NCBI GenBank assembly: GCA_963727625.1
Contig: CAVSHR010000009.1
Location: 320,001-384,000 of the forward strand
DNA from: an uncultured delta proteobacterium
GTDB lineage: Bacteria > Desulfobacterota > Binatia > UBA9968
Direction: 5' to 3'
DNA: 64,000 nucleotides
The first letter of the stretch is position 1. The number at the start of each line of letters is the position of its first letter. The notes under the pieces were generated by a model, which ran no database searches, was not told the origin of the DNA, and saw only the letters and a list, made by a program, of their open reading frames with translations. A program made the translations under genes and the position numbers. Below, one piece after another: positions 19,662-28,866 of the stretch.

Positions 19662-19763
19662 ATCGCCGGCACAGACTGCGGCCTAGGCGGCCGCCTCTAT
19701 CCGCAAATCGCCTGCGCCAAGCTGCGCACCCTGCGCAACCGCGCGGCGATCGCGAGCAATTGA
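19662..19763 (+). pseudogene. C-terminal remnant of a cobalamin-independent methionine synthase II-family gene
   Basis: IAGTDCGLGGRLYPQIACAKLRTLRNRAAIASN*; GTDCG..IAWAKL-like motif. Confidence 0.6.
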
Positions 19764-19956
19764 ACGCAAAAGTTCCTGTGCAGGATGAGCGGTCGGCGGC
19801 TAGTCGGTGCTCGTTTCCACGTTTTCGGAATTCCGAAAGCGTGGTAGGTTCACCGGTGTCAAGTTGACGCAGCATCGAAAACAATTTTGTCGAGCCCCAG
19901 GCCGAAGGAAGCTTCCGGTCGCTGTAAGCATTTCGCTCGAGCAGCAGGAAGGTTTG

Positions 19957-20892
19957 ATGTCTATGGACACTGTGAGAGTCGCGTATCGCGACGATGACCG
20001 AACTCCGGTCATCTACTGCATCAAGGAAATGGGTGCGAAACATTATGGAATCGACGTTGAGGTATTGAAGATCAAACCTTATGGCGAGTTCGAAGCTTCG
20101 CTGTTCAACGATTCCGCCGATGTGTTGATCGACCACGTGGAATTTCTTTACGCCGAAGCAGCGAAAGGGAAGAAAATTACCTTCTTTTGCGCCCCCCGAA
20201 TCGTCCGCGGTTTGGATCTGATGGTGCCCAAGCATGTCGAAAACGTCAGCGAATTCACTGGAAAGAATATGGCGGTCAGGGATTCGGGCCGGCCTTATAC
20301 GGTTACGCTCTGGCTGAGGATGATGGGGTTGGAGGGCAAGGTGGGGGTTCCCATCTTCAAGGATGCGGACGTGGGCAGGTGGGGGCAGTGGAAGAAAGTC
20401 GTCAGTGGAGAATGCATCGCTTGCTTTATGGATCCGCTGTACCAGGCAGAGCCCTTGAAAGCTGGTTTAAAATTTCTCCCGGTTCCCGAACTTGCGGTGG
20501 TGAGCCATTACGCCCAGGCGTGCAGCGCCGAGTTCGCGCGCAAGAAATCCGCCGTGTTAAGAAATTACGTCAAGGCGGTCATTCATGGGATTTGCTGGAT
20601 GAAGCATCGGAAGCAGGAAGCCATGAAAGTTGTCGCGGGAAAGCCGATGCAGCGGATGAAAATCAGCGATGTGCATGAGCTGGAGAGACATTTTGACGCC
20701 ATAGTCGGGAAGCTGCAGATCAAACCGTACCCGACGCCGCAGGCTTTGGCCGCCACCTACGAGATCGCGTGCGAGGAATATGGCGCCCAGGGCCTAAATC
20801 CGCTGGCTCTCTGGGATATGCATTGGGTCAAGGAGCTTGACGACGAAGGCTTCATCGACACGCTGATCAGAGATATGTCGACAGGCTGTTGA
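19957..20892 (+). CDS. NMT1/THI5-like substrate-binding-fold protein lacking a signal peptide
   Basis: MSMDTVRVAY..., KPYPTPQAL, WVKELDDEGFID; ATG 19957 after AGGAAGG. Confidence 0.65.
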   Translation: MSMDTVRVAYRDDDRTPVIYCIKEMGAKHYGIDVEVLKIKPYGEFEASLFNDSADVLIDHVEFLYAEAAKGKKITFFCAPRIVRGLDLMVPKHVENVSEFTGKNMAVRDSGRPYTVTLWLRMMGLEGKVGVPIFKDADVGRWGQWKKVVSGECIACFMDPLYQAEPLKAGLKFLPVPELAVVSHYAQACSAEFARKKSAVLRNYVKAVIHGICWMKHRKQEAMKVVAGKPMQRMKISDVHELERHFDAIVGKLQIKPYPTPQALAATYEIACEEYGAQGLNPLALWDMHWVKELDDEGFIDTLIRDMSTGC

Positions 20893-21006
20893 AAAAGGCC
20901 CACCTGCTTCGTTGCGCTTCGATCGCCTCGCTCCAACGTATCATTAAATACGCCTCCGCTCGTCGATTTCTCGCGCGCCTCGCATCCGGACCTTTTTGAA
21001 CAGCCT
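20883..21006. mobile_element. 124-bp MITE/REP-like element with 16-bp terminal inverted repeats
   Basis: AGGCTGTTGAAAAAGG ... CCTTTTTGAACAGCCT (15/16 match); no transposase. Confidence 0.7.
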
Positions 21007-21194
21007 CTGGGATCAGGGTTTTTCAAAAGTCTGTCGAACAGTGAACTTTCGAGCTACCGAACGCTTGATGGTCTGCTAAGAGTTCCACTTCGCTCAGCGC
21101 GCCCTACTCTATATTTTAAACCAAGACGTGCCAGCAGCGGCGAAATTTGTCGACCCGGAGATACCGTTCACTGGTTAGCACACACAATCGACGT

Positions 21195-22613
21195 TCAAGG
21201 CTGGGGCAAACCGGTTTCGCCTTCAGCCAAGTCGTTCATCAGCTCGGCCACGGCAGGGAGTTTTTCCAACTGGCGCGCTTTGCCGATGACTTTGTCCTGG
21301 CGTGCCGACGGCAGTCTCCCCCGCGCGCAGGCGCGGAATTTGGCCTCGACTTCAGCCGGCGACATGGGATTGTTGGGATGGCCTTTGGGGAAAATGACCT
21401 CGACTTCTCGGTTTTCGCCGCTTTGCAAAATCAGTTTCACCACGGCCGGGTAGCTGCCGGGCGTGTGCTTGTTCAAACTCGCGTCGGTGCGGACCGTGAC
21501 TCGCGCCATCGCTTCTCTCATTTCGGGCTGCAGCCAGCGCCCGGGGGCAAATTGCGCTTCGGAAATTTCGCCGTCCGAAAGAGCCGCCGCGGCAAGATAA
21601 TAGAAGCTATGATCCGCGCTTTCGCGGCTTTCCGGGTAGCGCCGTTGTTGGTCCGCCGCTTGAGCCCTGACGATCGGGATATCGGCCATGACCACTTCGA
21701 TGCGCTCGACTTCGCGCGCCGGATCGGCGATGCCGGCGCGCCCTTGAAGCACGCCGGCGACCATGGTCTGGGCCGTGCCGATACAGGGATAGGCTTTGAT
21801 CACCGAGGTCATGATTCGATAGCGATCGCCGATCGGTTGCGTGAGAAGATCCAACTCTGCCCCGGCGAGCATGCCGGTGCTCAGCCCGCGCGGGTGTTCG
21901 ATCACCCCCAGCGGACCGGTCATGCCCTCGGCGGCAAACAGCGCACACAGTACCGCTTGGGATGCCACCATGGCGTTGGCGCTCGCTTTGGAATTGGCCA
22001 GCTGCCCGGTGCGCACAACGGCGAGCGTGTTACCGTGGGTGGCTGACAGGGCGGCTGCATGGGCAAGCTGCTCCGCGGTAAGTCCCATCAACCTGCCGGC
22101 GATCAAAGGCGCGGCCAATGCCGATGCGGTGGTGTGATCCCAGGTGGCGCGGGCTGGAATGATGTCCTGCATGCGGCAGTAAATCTCGTAACCGAGCGCT
22201 ACGCTGGCGATCACGCTCAGCCCCGAGGCGCGAAACTTTTCGCCGACGGAAAGCGCCACCGCGATATTGTCGCTCGGATGTCCCATCTGTCCGGGACCGA
22301 TGTAGGCATCGTTCAAGTCCAGTGAGCGAATCAAAATTCCATTGAGCAACACGGCCTGCGGTAGATTAACTCGCCGCGATGAACCGATCACGGTACAGTC
22401 CGGGTTTCCGCCGAGTTGTGCAAGAACGCGCGTCGCGCGTGCAAATGCGGGCTCCTCGGCCGCGGCCAAAGCGCAACCGATGGAGTCAAGGATCAGCGCC
22501 TTGGTATGCTCAACGACCTCCAATGGAATTGCCGCAGCCGGAACGCCGAGCACGTTGCGGGCGATTTGTTGGACGAGGGTAGCTGGGGTAGCCGGTAAAT
22601 CAGTGCTGGCCAC
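21195..22613 (-). CDS. MmgE/PrpD family protein
   Basis: LDSIGCA, RSLDLND, GHPSD, IKAYPC, PKGHP..P. Confidence 0.9.
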   Translation of the reverse strand: MASTDLPATPATLVQQIARNVLGVPAAAIPLEVVEHTKALILDSIGCALAAAEEPAFARATRVLAQLGGNPDCTVIGSSRRVNLPQAVLLNGILIRSLDLNDAYIGPGQMGHPSDNIAVALSVGEKFRASGLSVIASVALGYEIYCRMQDIIPARATWDHTTASALAAPLIAGRLMGLTAEQLAHAAALSATHGNTLAVVRTGQLANSKASANAMVASQAVLCALFAAEGMTGPLGVIEHPRGLSTGMLAGAELDLLTQPIGDRYRIMTSVIKAYPCIGTAQTMVAGVLQGRAGIADPAREVERIEVVMADIPIVRAQAADQQRRYPESRESADHSFYYLAAAALSDGEISEAQFAPGRWLQPEMREAMARVTVRTDASLNKHTPGSYPAVVKLILQSGENREVEVIFPKGHPNNPMSPAEVEAKFRACARGRLPSARQDKVIGKARQLEKLPAVAELMNDLAEGETGLPQP

Positions 22614-22662
22614 AGATCACCGCAAATGGCCTGGTCCAAACTGCGCGCCAGGTTTCATCACC

Positions 22663-23565
22663 CTACCGTTCCATTTGGAATCGCCTATCGGGAGGAGCCC
22701 CAGCCATGTACTCCACAAGGTTCGTGCGCGGGACCGAGACGTCGCTGCAAACCCTGCGAATTTCTATCAACTGCGTGGGCTCGTCCGCGTCCCTCATCGT
22801 CTCGCAGCTCACCTTTGTGCAGGAAGTCTGCTTGAGCCAGGAGCAAACTTTTACCGGCCGGCTGGCTGCATCAACCAGTTCGGTCCTATACCAGGTGCCG
22901 AGTTTGTCCGTGCCGTCCTCCAGATGCACGGCTGGCAACACTGTGTAGAAGGCACCGCCGATCTCCAGCAAGCTCAGCACCTTCTCCACGAATTGGGATA
23001 AATTTTGGGTATATGTGAAGCCGCCGTACACGTCGGTGATGATCTGGAATTTTCCAAGCTCCTCGCGCGAATAGTCCCGCAGGCGCTTGCCGGAGAGATA
23101 CCGTAGGCGGTGATCGCCGAGGCTCGCGGCCCGCTGTTTCCATCTGTCCGTCCGGCGATCCTCTATGGAGATCGCGACCGCGCGCGCCTTGGCCCCGGAC
23201 CCGCCGCACTTTTCAGCCGGCGCCGCATCCTCTTGCGGTGCGTAGTAGTCGAGTACGGCCTGCCCCTCGCCCGCGCCGATATCCAGCCATCGGTCCGACC
23301 TGCCGAGCCTGCCGAGCGCGTCGCAGAACCCGGTGGGAAGAACCTCCGCGTAGCTCGACAGGCCTCGGTTCGCCGTGTAGCTCCCGGCACCCCGCCTGCG
23401 GTAGATTTTTTCCTGCTTGGCGAATTCCTTGTCGATCCGCGGCTGCACGGGCTCCTGTGTCCAGCCAACTCCCAGCCAAAGCGACTGCACGACGATAACC
23501 ATTACAAAGGCCAGGCGCGCTCCCGCAGTATTCCATCCGCTCGCCGACGCTTTAACTAAACGCAT
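22663..23565 (-). CDS. Putative exported class I SAM-methyltransferase-fold protein (intact copy A)
   Basis: WLDIGAGEG motif I, ITDVYGGF; hydrophobic N-terminus ending GWT-QE; six Cys. Confidence 0.7.
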   Translation of the reverse strand: MRLVKASASGWNTAGARLAFVMVIVVQSLWLGVGWTQEPVQPRIDKEFAKQEKIYRRRGAGSYTANRGLSSYAEVLPTGFCDALGRLGRSDRWLDIGAGEGQAVLDYYAPQEDAAPAEKCGGSGAKARAVAISIEDRRTDRWKQRAASLGDHRLRYLSGKRLRDYSREELGKFQIITDVYGGFTYTQNLSQFVEKVLSLLEIGGAFYTVLPAVHLEDGTDKLGTWYRTELVDAASRPVKVCSWLKQTSCTKVSCETMRDADEPTQLIEIRRVCSDVSVPRTNLVEYMAGAPPDRRFQMER

Positions 23566-23570
23566 GACGA

Positions 23571-23745
23571 TTACATTCTCCTCACGTTAATAAAAATTCC
23601 ATTCTTAAAAGCGATTCCAAAGCTGTTGCAGGCATAATCTATGTTGTCGTTTGCCGCAAGGCCGAAGACTGAGGAGGCAGTCAGGCCGCTAACGAAAGTG
23701 ATCTGCGCTTGCTCCTTCAGGGTCGTTCCGGAATGCGCGTGAAGC
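23571..23745 (-). pseudogene. C-terminal remnant of the alpha/beta hydrolase paralogous to 25835..26830
   Basis: EQAQITFVSGLTASSVFGLAANDNIDYACNSFGIAFKNGIFINVRRM* aligns to EEAQITFVSALTASAFGLAATGGLDYAWNSFENGLKKGIFFNARRK*. Confidence 0.85.
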
Positions 23746-23805
23746 GGCTGCAGTGCTCAGCTTCCGAGTCCGCGAAACCTGAAAACGATCACGGGCGAGA
23801 GAAGA

Positions 23806-24343
23806 TTGGCAGGGAGGCGCCGGATTTTTTTTTGGCTGGTATATGGTCGTGGCGAACACGATCTTCTCCGCGGCCTTTTTCCAGGGCTTCGGGGTTCTCA
23901 TTATTCCGATAGAACGCACCTTCGGCTGGGATCGATGGGTGATTTCAGCCGCTATGTCGTTGCGTCAGTTGCAGTCCGGCATCGTCAGTCCCACTGTCGG
24001 GTTTCTGCTGGACCGCTTCAGCGCGCGAAAATTGATTTTCTGGAGCGCCGTTATCTCGGGTGCCGGCTTCATCGGCCTTGGCTTGACCACCGGCCTACTT
24101 ACTTTTTTTCTTTTCTTCGTCCTCATTTGTCTCGGCGCCTCCGGCGTGAGTCACGCGGTCACCTGGCCCGTGATCATCTCGCGATGGTTTCGCCGTAACC
24201 GCGGCCTGGCCATCGGACTCGCCGTCATGGGTCCTATCTTCGGGACACCGCTGGTCATCCTCAACACTCAGATCGAGCAGGCGCACGGCTGGCGCGTAGT
24301 TTACCTTGGAAGCCGCTTTTCGGGCTCAAAAACGCATCTCTAA
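23806..24343 (+). pseudogene. MFS transporter, truncated after ~170 codons, with a T9 frameshift at 23825-23833
   Basis: RRIFF/GWYMVV, GFLLDRFSARK, SRWFRRNRGLAIG, then HGWR followed by unrelated sequence. Confidence 0.75.
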
Positions 24344-24438
24344 GCTCTTCAGCGACGCTTTTGTGCTATCTTCAGTCGTGAAGTCGAGAAGTTGGACTCG
24401 TGACCTGCATGCTAATGGGCGACCCTGCGATTAGGAGT

Positions 24439-24501
24439 ATGAAACTATTGGAGTACAACGCTGGGGTTCCTCCCGGGCGGCGATTCCAATTGAACCAGTA
24501 G
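24439..24501 (+). pseudogene. Third copy (last 20 codons) of the methyltransferase-fold family
   Basis: MKLLEYNAGVPPGRRFQLNQ* vs copy B MKLLKYEAGNPPGRRFQLEP* and copy A NLVEYMAGAPPDRRFQMER*. Confidence 0.75.
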
Positions 24502-24559
24502 GGTGATAAATCTTGGTTTAAATTCGCGAACCGGAAAGATCAATGACGCGCCCGGTTGG

Positions 24560-24680
24560 ATGGTTTTCAGACCTCCCAACGTCGAGGCGCATATCAAGTC
24601 CATGCAGAAGCGTCCGAGTTTTAATAAGCTGCTTTCCTACGGAAAGAAGTAAATGACGGGTTTACCGAGTCGGCCAAAGC
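24560..24680 (+). pseudogene. Possible C-terminal remnant of a glutathione S-transferase
   Basis: PNVEAHIKSMQKRPSFNKLLSY, then KEVNDGFTESA after a frameshift; RPS motif typical of GST C-termini. Confidence 0.4.
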
Positions 24681-24837
24681 AACTATTAGACTCTTACCGA
24701 TTCGCGCTGTTGCGGGACGCATAAAGAGCAAGCTCGAAAATTAAAAATTTTACGGCTCAAGACCTCTCAATTCGACAGTCAACAGCGGATTCGTCATGCT
24801 CAGCCAACCCACAGTCGGCAACGGCATGGGAATCGCC

Positions 24838-25662
24838 ATGAAAACCAACCTGCTTTTGCTCGCCATTCTTTATTTACTCGGTACCATTAGTATTGCCGCA
24901 GCAAACCCTTTTGATGACGCAAGCGCTGCGTACGCGCGCGGCGACTATGGTCAAGCGATGAAACTCTTTCGCCAGCTTGCCGCGCAGGGACACCAATGGG
25001 CGCAGAGGAGACTGGGGTTGATCTATGCAGAAGGGAAAGGCGTGCCGCAGGATTACCAGGAGGCTGTAAAGTGGTATCGCCTCGCGGCAGCGCAGGGAAA
25101 TGTCCAGTCGCAATATAGTCTGGGGCTGGCGTATGAGAAAGGGAAAGGCGTGCCGCAGGATTATCAGGAAGCCGTGAAGTGGTATCGCCTCGCGGCGGCG
25201 CAGGAAGACGAATGGGCGCAGACGAGGCTGGGTTCTATTTACGCGGAGGGGCAAGGCGTGCCGCAGGATTATCAGGAGGCCGTGAAGTGGTATCGCATCG
25301 CGGCTTCACAGGGATACGCACCGGCAGAGTCCAGTCTGGGGCTGGCGTATGAGAAAGGGCAAGGCGTGCCGCAGGACTACCAGGAAGCCGTGAAGTGGTA
25401 TCGTCTCGCAGCAGCGCAGGGAAACCAATCTGCGCAAACTAATCTGGGTGTGATGTATACAAATGGCACAGGCGTGCGGCAGGACTTTGTGCGTGCGCAC
25501 ATGTGGTTTACCCTCGCTGCCGCAGCATTGAACGGCGATTCTGGAGATTCGGTGACAAAGAATCGAGATAGAATTGCAGCAAAAATGACAGCCGAGCAGA
25601 TTGCCACCGCACAGGAGATGGCACGGCGCTGTCAAGAGTCTAAGCTTAAGAACTGCGACTGA
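24838..25662 (+). CDS. Secreted Sel1-repeat protein
   Basis: Signal peptide; GVPQDYQEAVKWYRLAAAQG x4 in 108-bp units; AHMWFTLAA...MTAEQIATAQ tail. Confidence 0.92.
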   Translation: MKTNLLLLAILYLLGTISIAAANPFDDASAAYARGDYGQAMKLFRQLAAQGHQWAQRRLGLIYAEGKGVPQDYQEAVKWYRLAAAQGNVQSQYSLGLAYEKGKGVPQDYQEAVKWYRLAAAQEDEWAQTRLGSIYAEGQGVPQDYQEAVKWYRIAASQGYAPAESSLGLAYEKGQGVPQDYQEAVKWYRLAAAQGNQSAQTNLGVMYTNGTGVRQDFVRAHMWFTLAAAALNGDSGDSVTKNRDRIAAKMTAEQIATAQEMARRCQESKLKNCD

Positions 25663-25834
25663 AGTACATGCACTCAAGGGAGGCTGGCAACTTATGGACA
25701 GCCCCTAACCGGGATAAAGTTTGGTACACGACAGGTTGTCAGGCGTTGGTCATTTGCCTATTGACTCGGTGCGGGATTAAAAAACCAAAAAGCTTGAAAG
25801 TCTGGAAGTAAAAGTCCGAACCTTTATTTTCTCT

Positions 25835-26830
25835 ATGAATCGTTCTCGGGAGTCAACGTTGCCAGTAACCCCAGCCGCTATCGGCCAATCAGTTTTTCGC
25901 ATTGCCGTGCTTCTGCTGATTGCGGTGACGGCGCATTCGGTCGGCTGCGCACGCCGGTTTCCGGCGCCGGAAGTCACGCCGATAAAGGCCACAAACCCCG
26001 CCGCGCTCCAGCGCTATCTGCTGTCTAGCAAGCCCGACGCGGCGCAATTCAGGAGGCGCGGGCCCTTTGCAGTCACCGAGCGCAGTGACCTGGAAATCCC
26101 GCTGGATTCGAGTCTCACGGTGGAGGCGGACTTGTACCTGTGCGCGGCGGCCCGCAAGGCACCCCTGGTCATCGTGTTGCACGGTTACGCCAATTCCAAG
26201 CACGACCATGCCTTCCAAGCGATGCACTTGGCCTCCTGGGGCATGCATGGCATGGCCCTCAACTTGCCCAACCGCGGCCCATGGATCACCAACGGCAAGA
26301 CCCTGGCCAAGCTCGTCGACACGATTCGTCGGACGCCGCAGCTCGTCGACGGCCGCATTGACGCGGACAAGATCATCCTCGTGGGCCACTCCTTCGGCGC
26401 GACTGCCGTCGCCGCCGCGTTGGGGGAACGCGCCCCCGCGCTGGGCGGCGTCCTGCTCGATCCCGCCGGGATCAGCCGGCAGTTAACGCAGTTGCTGAAG
26501 CGGATCACCGTTCCGGTAATGGTGATCGGCGCCGACGAGGACATCTGGCCGACTCGCAACCGCGGGCAATTTTACCGGTTCATTCCTGCCATGGTCGGCG
26601 AGATCTCGATACGGGACACGGTCCACGAAGATGCACAGTATCCGAACGAGAACACTCTGCGCGCCTTCGAGGACAGCCCCGATGACACGGAGGAAGCGCA
26701 GATTACGTTCGTCAGCGCGCTGACCGCCTCCGCCTTCGGCCTTGCGGCCACCGGCGGCCTAGACTATGCGTGGAACAGCTTTGAAAACGGTCTTAAGAAA
26801 GGTATTTTCTTCAACGCGCGGAGGAAGTGA
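25835..26830 (+). CDS. Alpha/beta hydrolase, probable lipoprotein
   Basis: LHGY, GHSFG nucleophile elbow, LLDPA; lipobox-like HSVGC. Confidence 0.8.
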   Translation: MNRSRESTLPVTPAAIGQSVFRIAVLLLIAVTAHSVGCARRFPAPEVTPIKATNPAALQRYLLSSKPDAAQFRRRGPFAVTERSDLEIPLDSSLTVEADLYLCAAARKAPLVIVLHGYANSKHDHAFQAMHLASWGMHGMALNLPNRGPWITNGKTLAKLVDTIRRTPQLVDGRIDADKIILVGHSFGATAVAAALGERAPALGGVLLDPAGISRQLTQLLKRITVPVMVIGADEDIWPTRNRGQFYRFIPAMVGEISIRDTVHEDAQYPNENTLRAFEDSPDDTEEAQITFVSALTASAFGLAATGGLDYAWNSFENGLKKGIFFNARRK

Positions 26831-26835
26831 CTGTC

Positions 26836-27388
26836 ATGCGTTCAGCCAAATCGTTGGGGAGAGGATGGAAGATCGCGGCAGCGCGCATGGCCGTTATGTT
26901 GGTCATCGTCCTGCAGGCGCAGGATCCGGAAGCCGGCTGGCCGCAGGAACCCGCTCCACCGCGGCTCGACGAGGAAATCGCCAAGCGGGTAAAAATTTAC
27001 AGCAGCCGGGGCGCCGACGTGTACGGCGGCTTCTCCTACACCGAAGATTTATCCGGGTTCTTGGAAAGGGTCCTGAGCCTACTGGAGACCGGCGGCGTCT
27101 TCTACACGATGGTGCAAGACGTGCATTTGGAGGATGGCAAGTACAAACTCGACAGCGGATACCTGACCGAGCTGGTGGATGCAGCCGGCCGCGACGTAAA
27201 AGCATGCTCCTGGCTGAAAAAAAACTGCCTACGTGAAAGTCGCCTGCGAGTCGAAGAGCGACTGGGACGAGCCCACCGAGCTGATCAACATCCGCAAGGT
27301 TTGCAGCGACGTCTCCGTTCCGCCCATGAAACTATTGAAGTACGAGGCCGGGAATCCTCCCGGGCGGCGATTCCAGTTGGAGCCGTAG
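26836..27388 (+). pseudogene. Methyltransferase-fold copy B, with an in-frame internal deletion and an A8 frameshift (27217-27224)
   Basis: YSSRGA joined directly to DVYGGF (about residues 61-177 of copy A missing); after the A8 run, reads TAYVKVACESKSDWDEPTELINIRKVCSDVSVPP...FQLEP*. Confidence 0.85.
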
Positions 27389-27516
27389 GCGCGATTGAGT
27401 CGAATTCAAAAGCCCCTGTGCGGGCTGAACGAAACAAAAAGCAAGAAAGTCTGGAAGCAAAAGTCAGACCCTGGCTTCCATGCGGGCGCGCGTAAATCCA
27501 AGAATATGGAGAACCA

Positions 27517-28647
27517 ATGGCGATTTATTTGAGCAACCAAGATGTCGATCGGCTTCTGACGATGAAGGGATGCATGAAATCGATCGAGGGCATTTATAAA
27601 GAACTGGCGATCGGCGATGCGGTTTACCGCCATCGCATCGACGTTTTTGTGCCGCCCGGAAAAAAGAACTCTTACTTCCGCTGGGGCACCATGGAGGGCG
27701 GCAGCCGCAAGTGCGGCTTCGCGATCCGGCTGAAATCGGACATGGTCTACTGGACTCGATGGGAGGGCGGCAAGACCGAAGAGAAATACTGCATTAAGCC
27801 GGGGCTGTTTTGTGGCTTCATTCTGCTCTTCAGTGTAAAGAACGGCGAGCCGTTGGCGATGATCAACGACGGCGTGCTGCAGCATATGCGCGTCGGCGCC
27901 TGCGCCGGTCTCGGCGTGAAATACTTGGCCCGCGCCGATGCCAGAACGGTCGGCATGATTGGCTCGGGCGGTATGGCGCGCACCTATCTAGCCGCGTTCT
28001 GCGAGGTGCGCAAAATCAAAAAGGTCAAGGTCTACAGCCCAACCAAGGCGAACCGGCAGAAATATGCCAAAGAGATGGCCAAAGCTCTGTCGCTGGATGT
28101 CGAACCGGTGGACAGCGCTGAAAAAGCGGTGCGCGGCACCGACATCATCGCCACCTGCACCGATGCGATCAGCCCGGTGATCAAGAAAGAGTGGATCGAA
28201 CCGGGGATGCATCTGACCGACGTCAACGGCTCCGATATCTCCGACGACGTCATTGCCCGCTCCAACGTGGTGGTCCGGCTCGGCGAGCAGACCCTGTACG
28301 CCGAGATCGATAAAAAACGCAACCGCCACAGCTCGCAGATCGACTACATGACGCATGGCATCTTCGCCTACGTGGCGGGCCAACCCGATGAAATCAAGAG
28401 CATCCCAAAGACCAAGCTGCGCAAGATTTACAGTCAGGAGGCGCCAAGCGTGTACCTGGTCGACATCATCAGCGGCAAGAACAAAGGCCGCCGCAAGGCG
28501 AGCGACATTACGTTCTTCGACAACCGCGGCACCCAGGGGCTTCAGTTCGCGGCCGTCGGCAAGCATGTCTACGACATAGCCCGCGCGCGCGGCGTCAACA
28601 AAAAGCAGATCCCGACAGAGTGGTTCATTCAAGATATAAGAGATTGA
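27517..28647 (+). CDS. Ornithine cyclodeaminase/mu-crystallin family protein
   Basis: MRVGA, GMIGSGGMA, GMHLT, GLQFAAVG. Confidence 0.9.
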   Translation: MAIYLSNQDVDRLLTMKGCMKSIEGIYKELAIGDAVYRHRIDVFVPPGKKNSYFRWGTMEGGSRKCGFAIRLKSDMVYWTRWEGGKTEEKYCIKPGLFCGFILLFSVKNGEPLAMINDGVLQHMRVGACAGLGVKYLARADARTVGMIGSGGMARTYLAAFCEVRKIKKVKVYSPTKANRQKYAKEMAKALSLDVEPVDSAEKAVRGTDIIATCTDAISPVIKKEWIEPGMHLTDVNGSDISDDVIARSNVVVRLGEQTLYAEIDKKRNRHSSQIDYMTHGIFAYVAGQPDEIKSIPKTKLRKIYSQEAPSVYLVDIISGKNKGRRKASDITFFDNRGTQGLQFAAVGKHVYDIARARGVNKKQIPTEWFIQDIRD

Positions 28648-28689
28648 TTTATCGCTTCAAGATGAAATTTTCAGGGTAAAATCTTTTAC

Positions 28690-28866
28690 TTTTGATGTTC
28701 GTCGTAAACGTACGCGAGCTAACTAACTCGCCTTTCGCATCTAGCTGGCCAAGATTTCTCGACTAGCAATTGGCACGATTACCCTTTTGCCGTCGTCGGT
28801 CTTGGGTATCACGCCAGCACGCTCCTGTTGTCTTCGATACTCTTTCTCACCCTCGCCGGCAGTGCC
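28690..28866. repeat. ~175-bp diverged direct repeat, copy 1 (higA 3' end plus downstream DNA)
   Basis: ttttgatgttcgtc...ccagcacgctcctgttgtcttcgatactctttctcaccctcgccggcagtgcc recurs at 31588-31756. Confidence 0.85.

Noticed and set aside
24980-25500. Regular repeats as a CRISPR array
   Set aside because: 108-bp in-frame Sel1 coding repeats; no unique spacers or cas genes
23825-27224. T9 and A8 runs as phase-variation switches
   Set aside because: Both lie in genes already truncated or deleted, and could also be homopolymer sequencing errors
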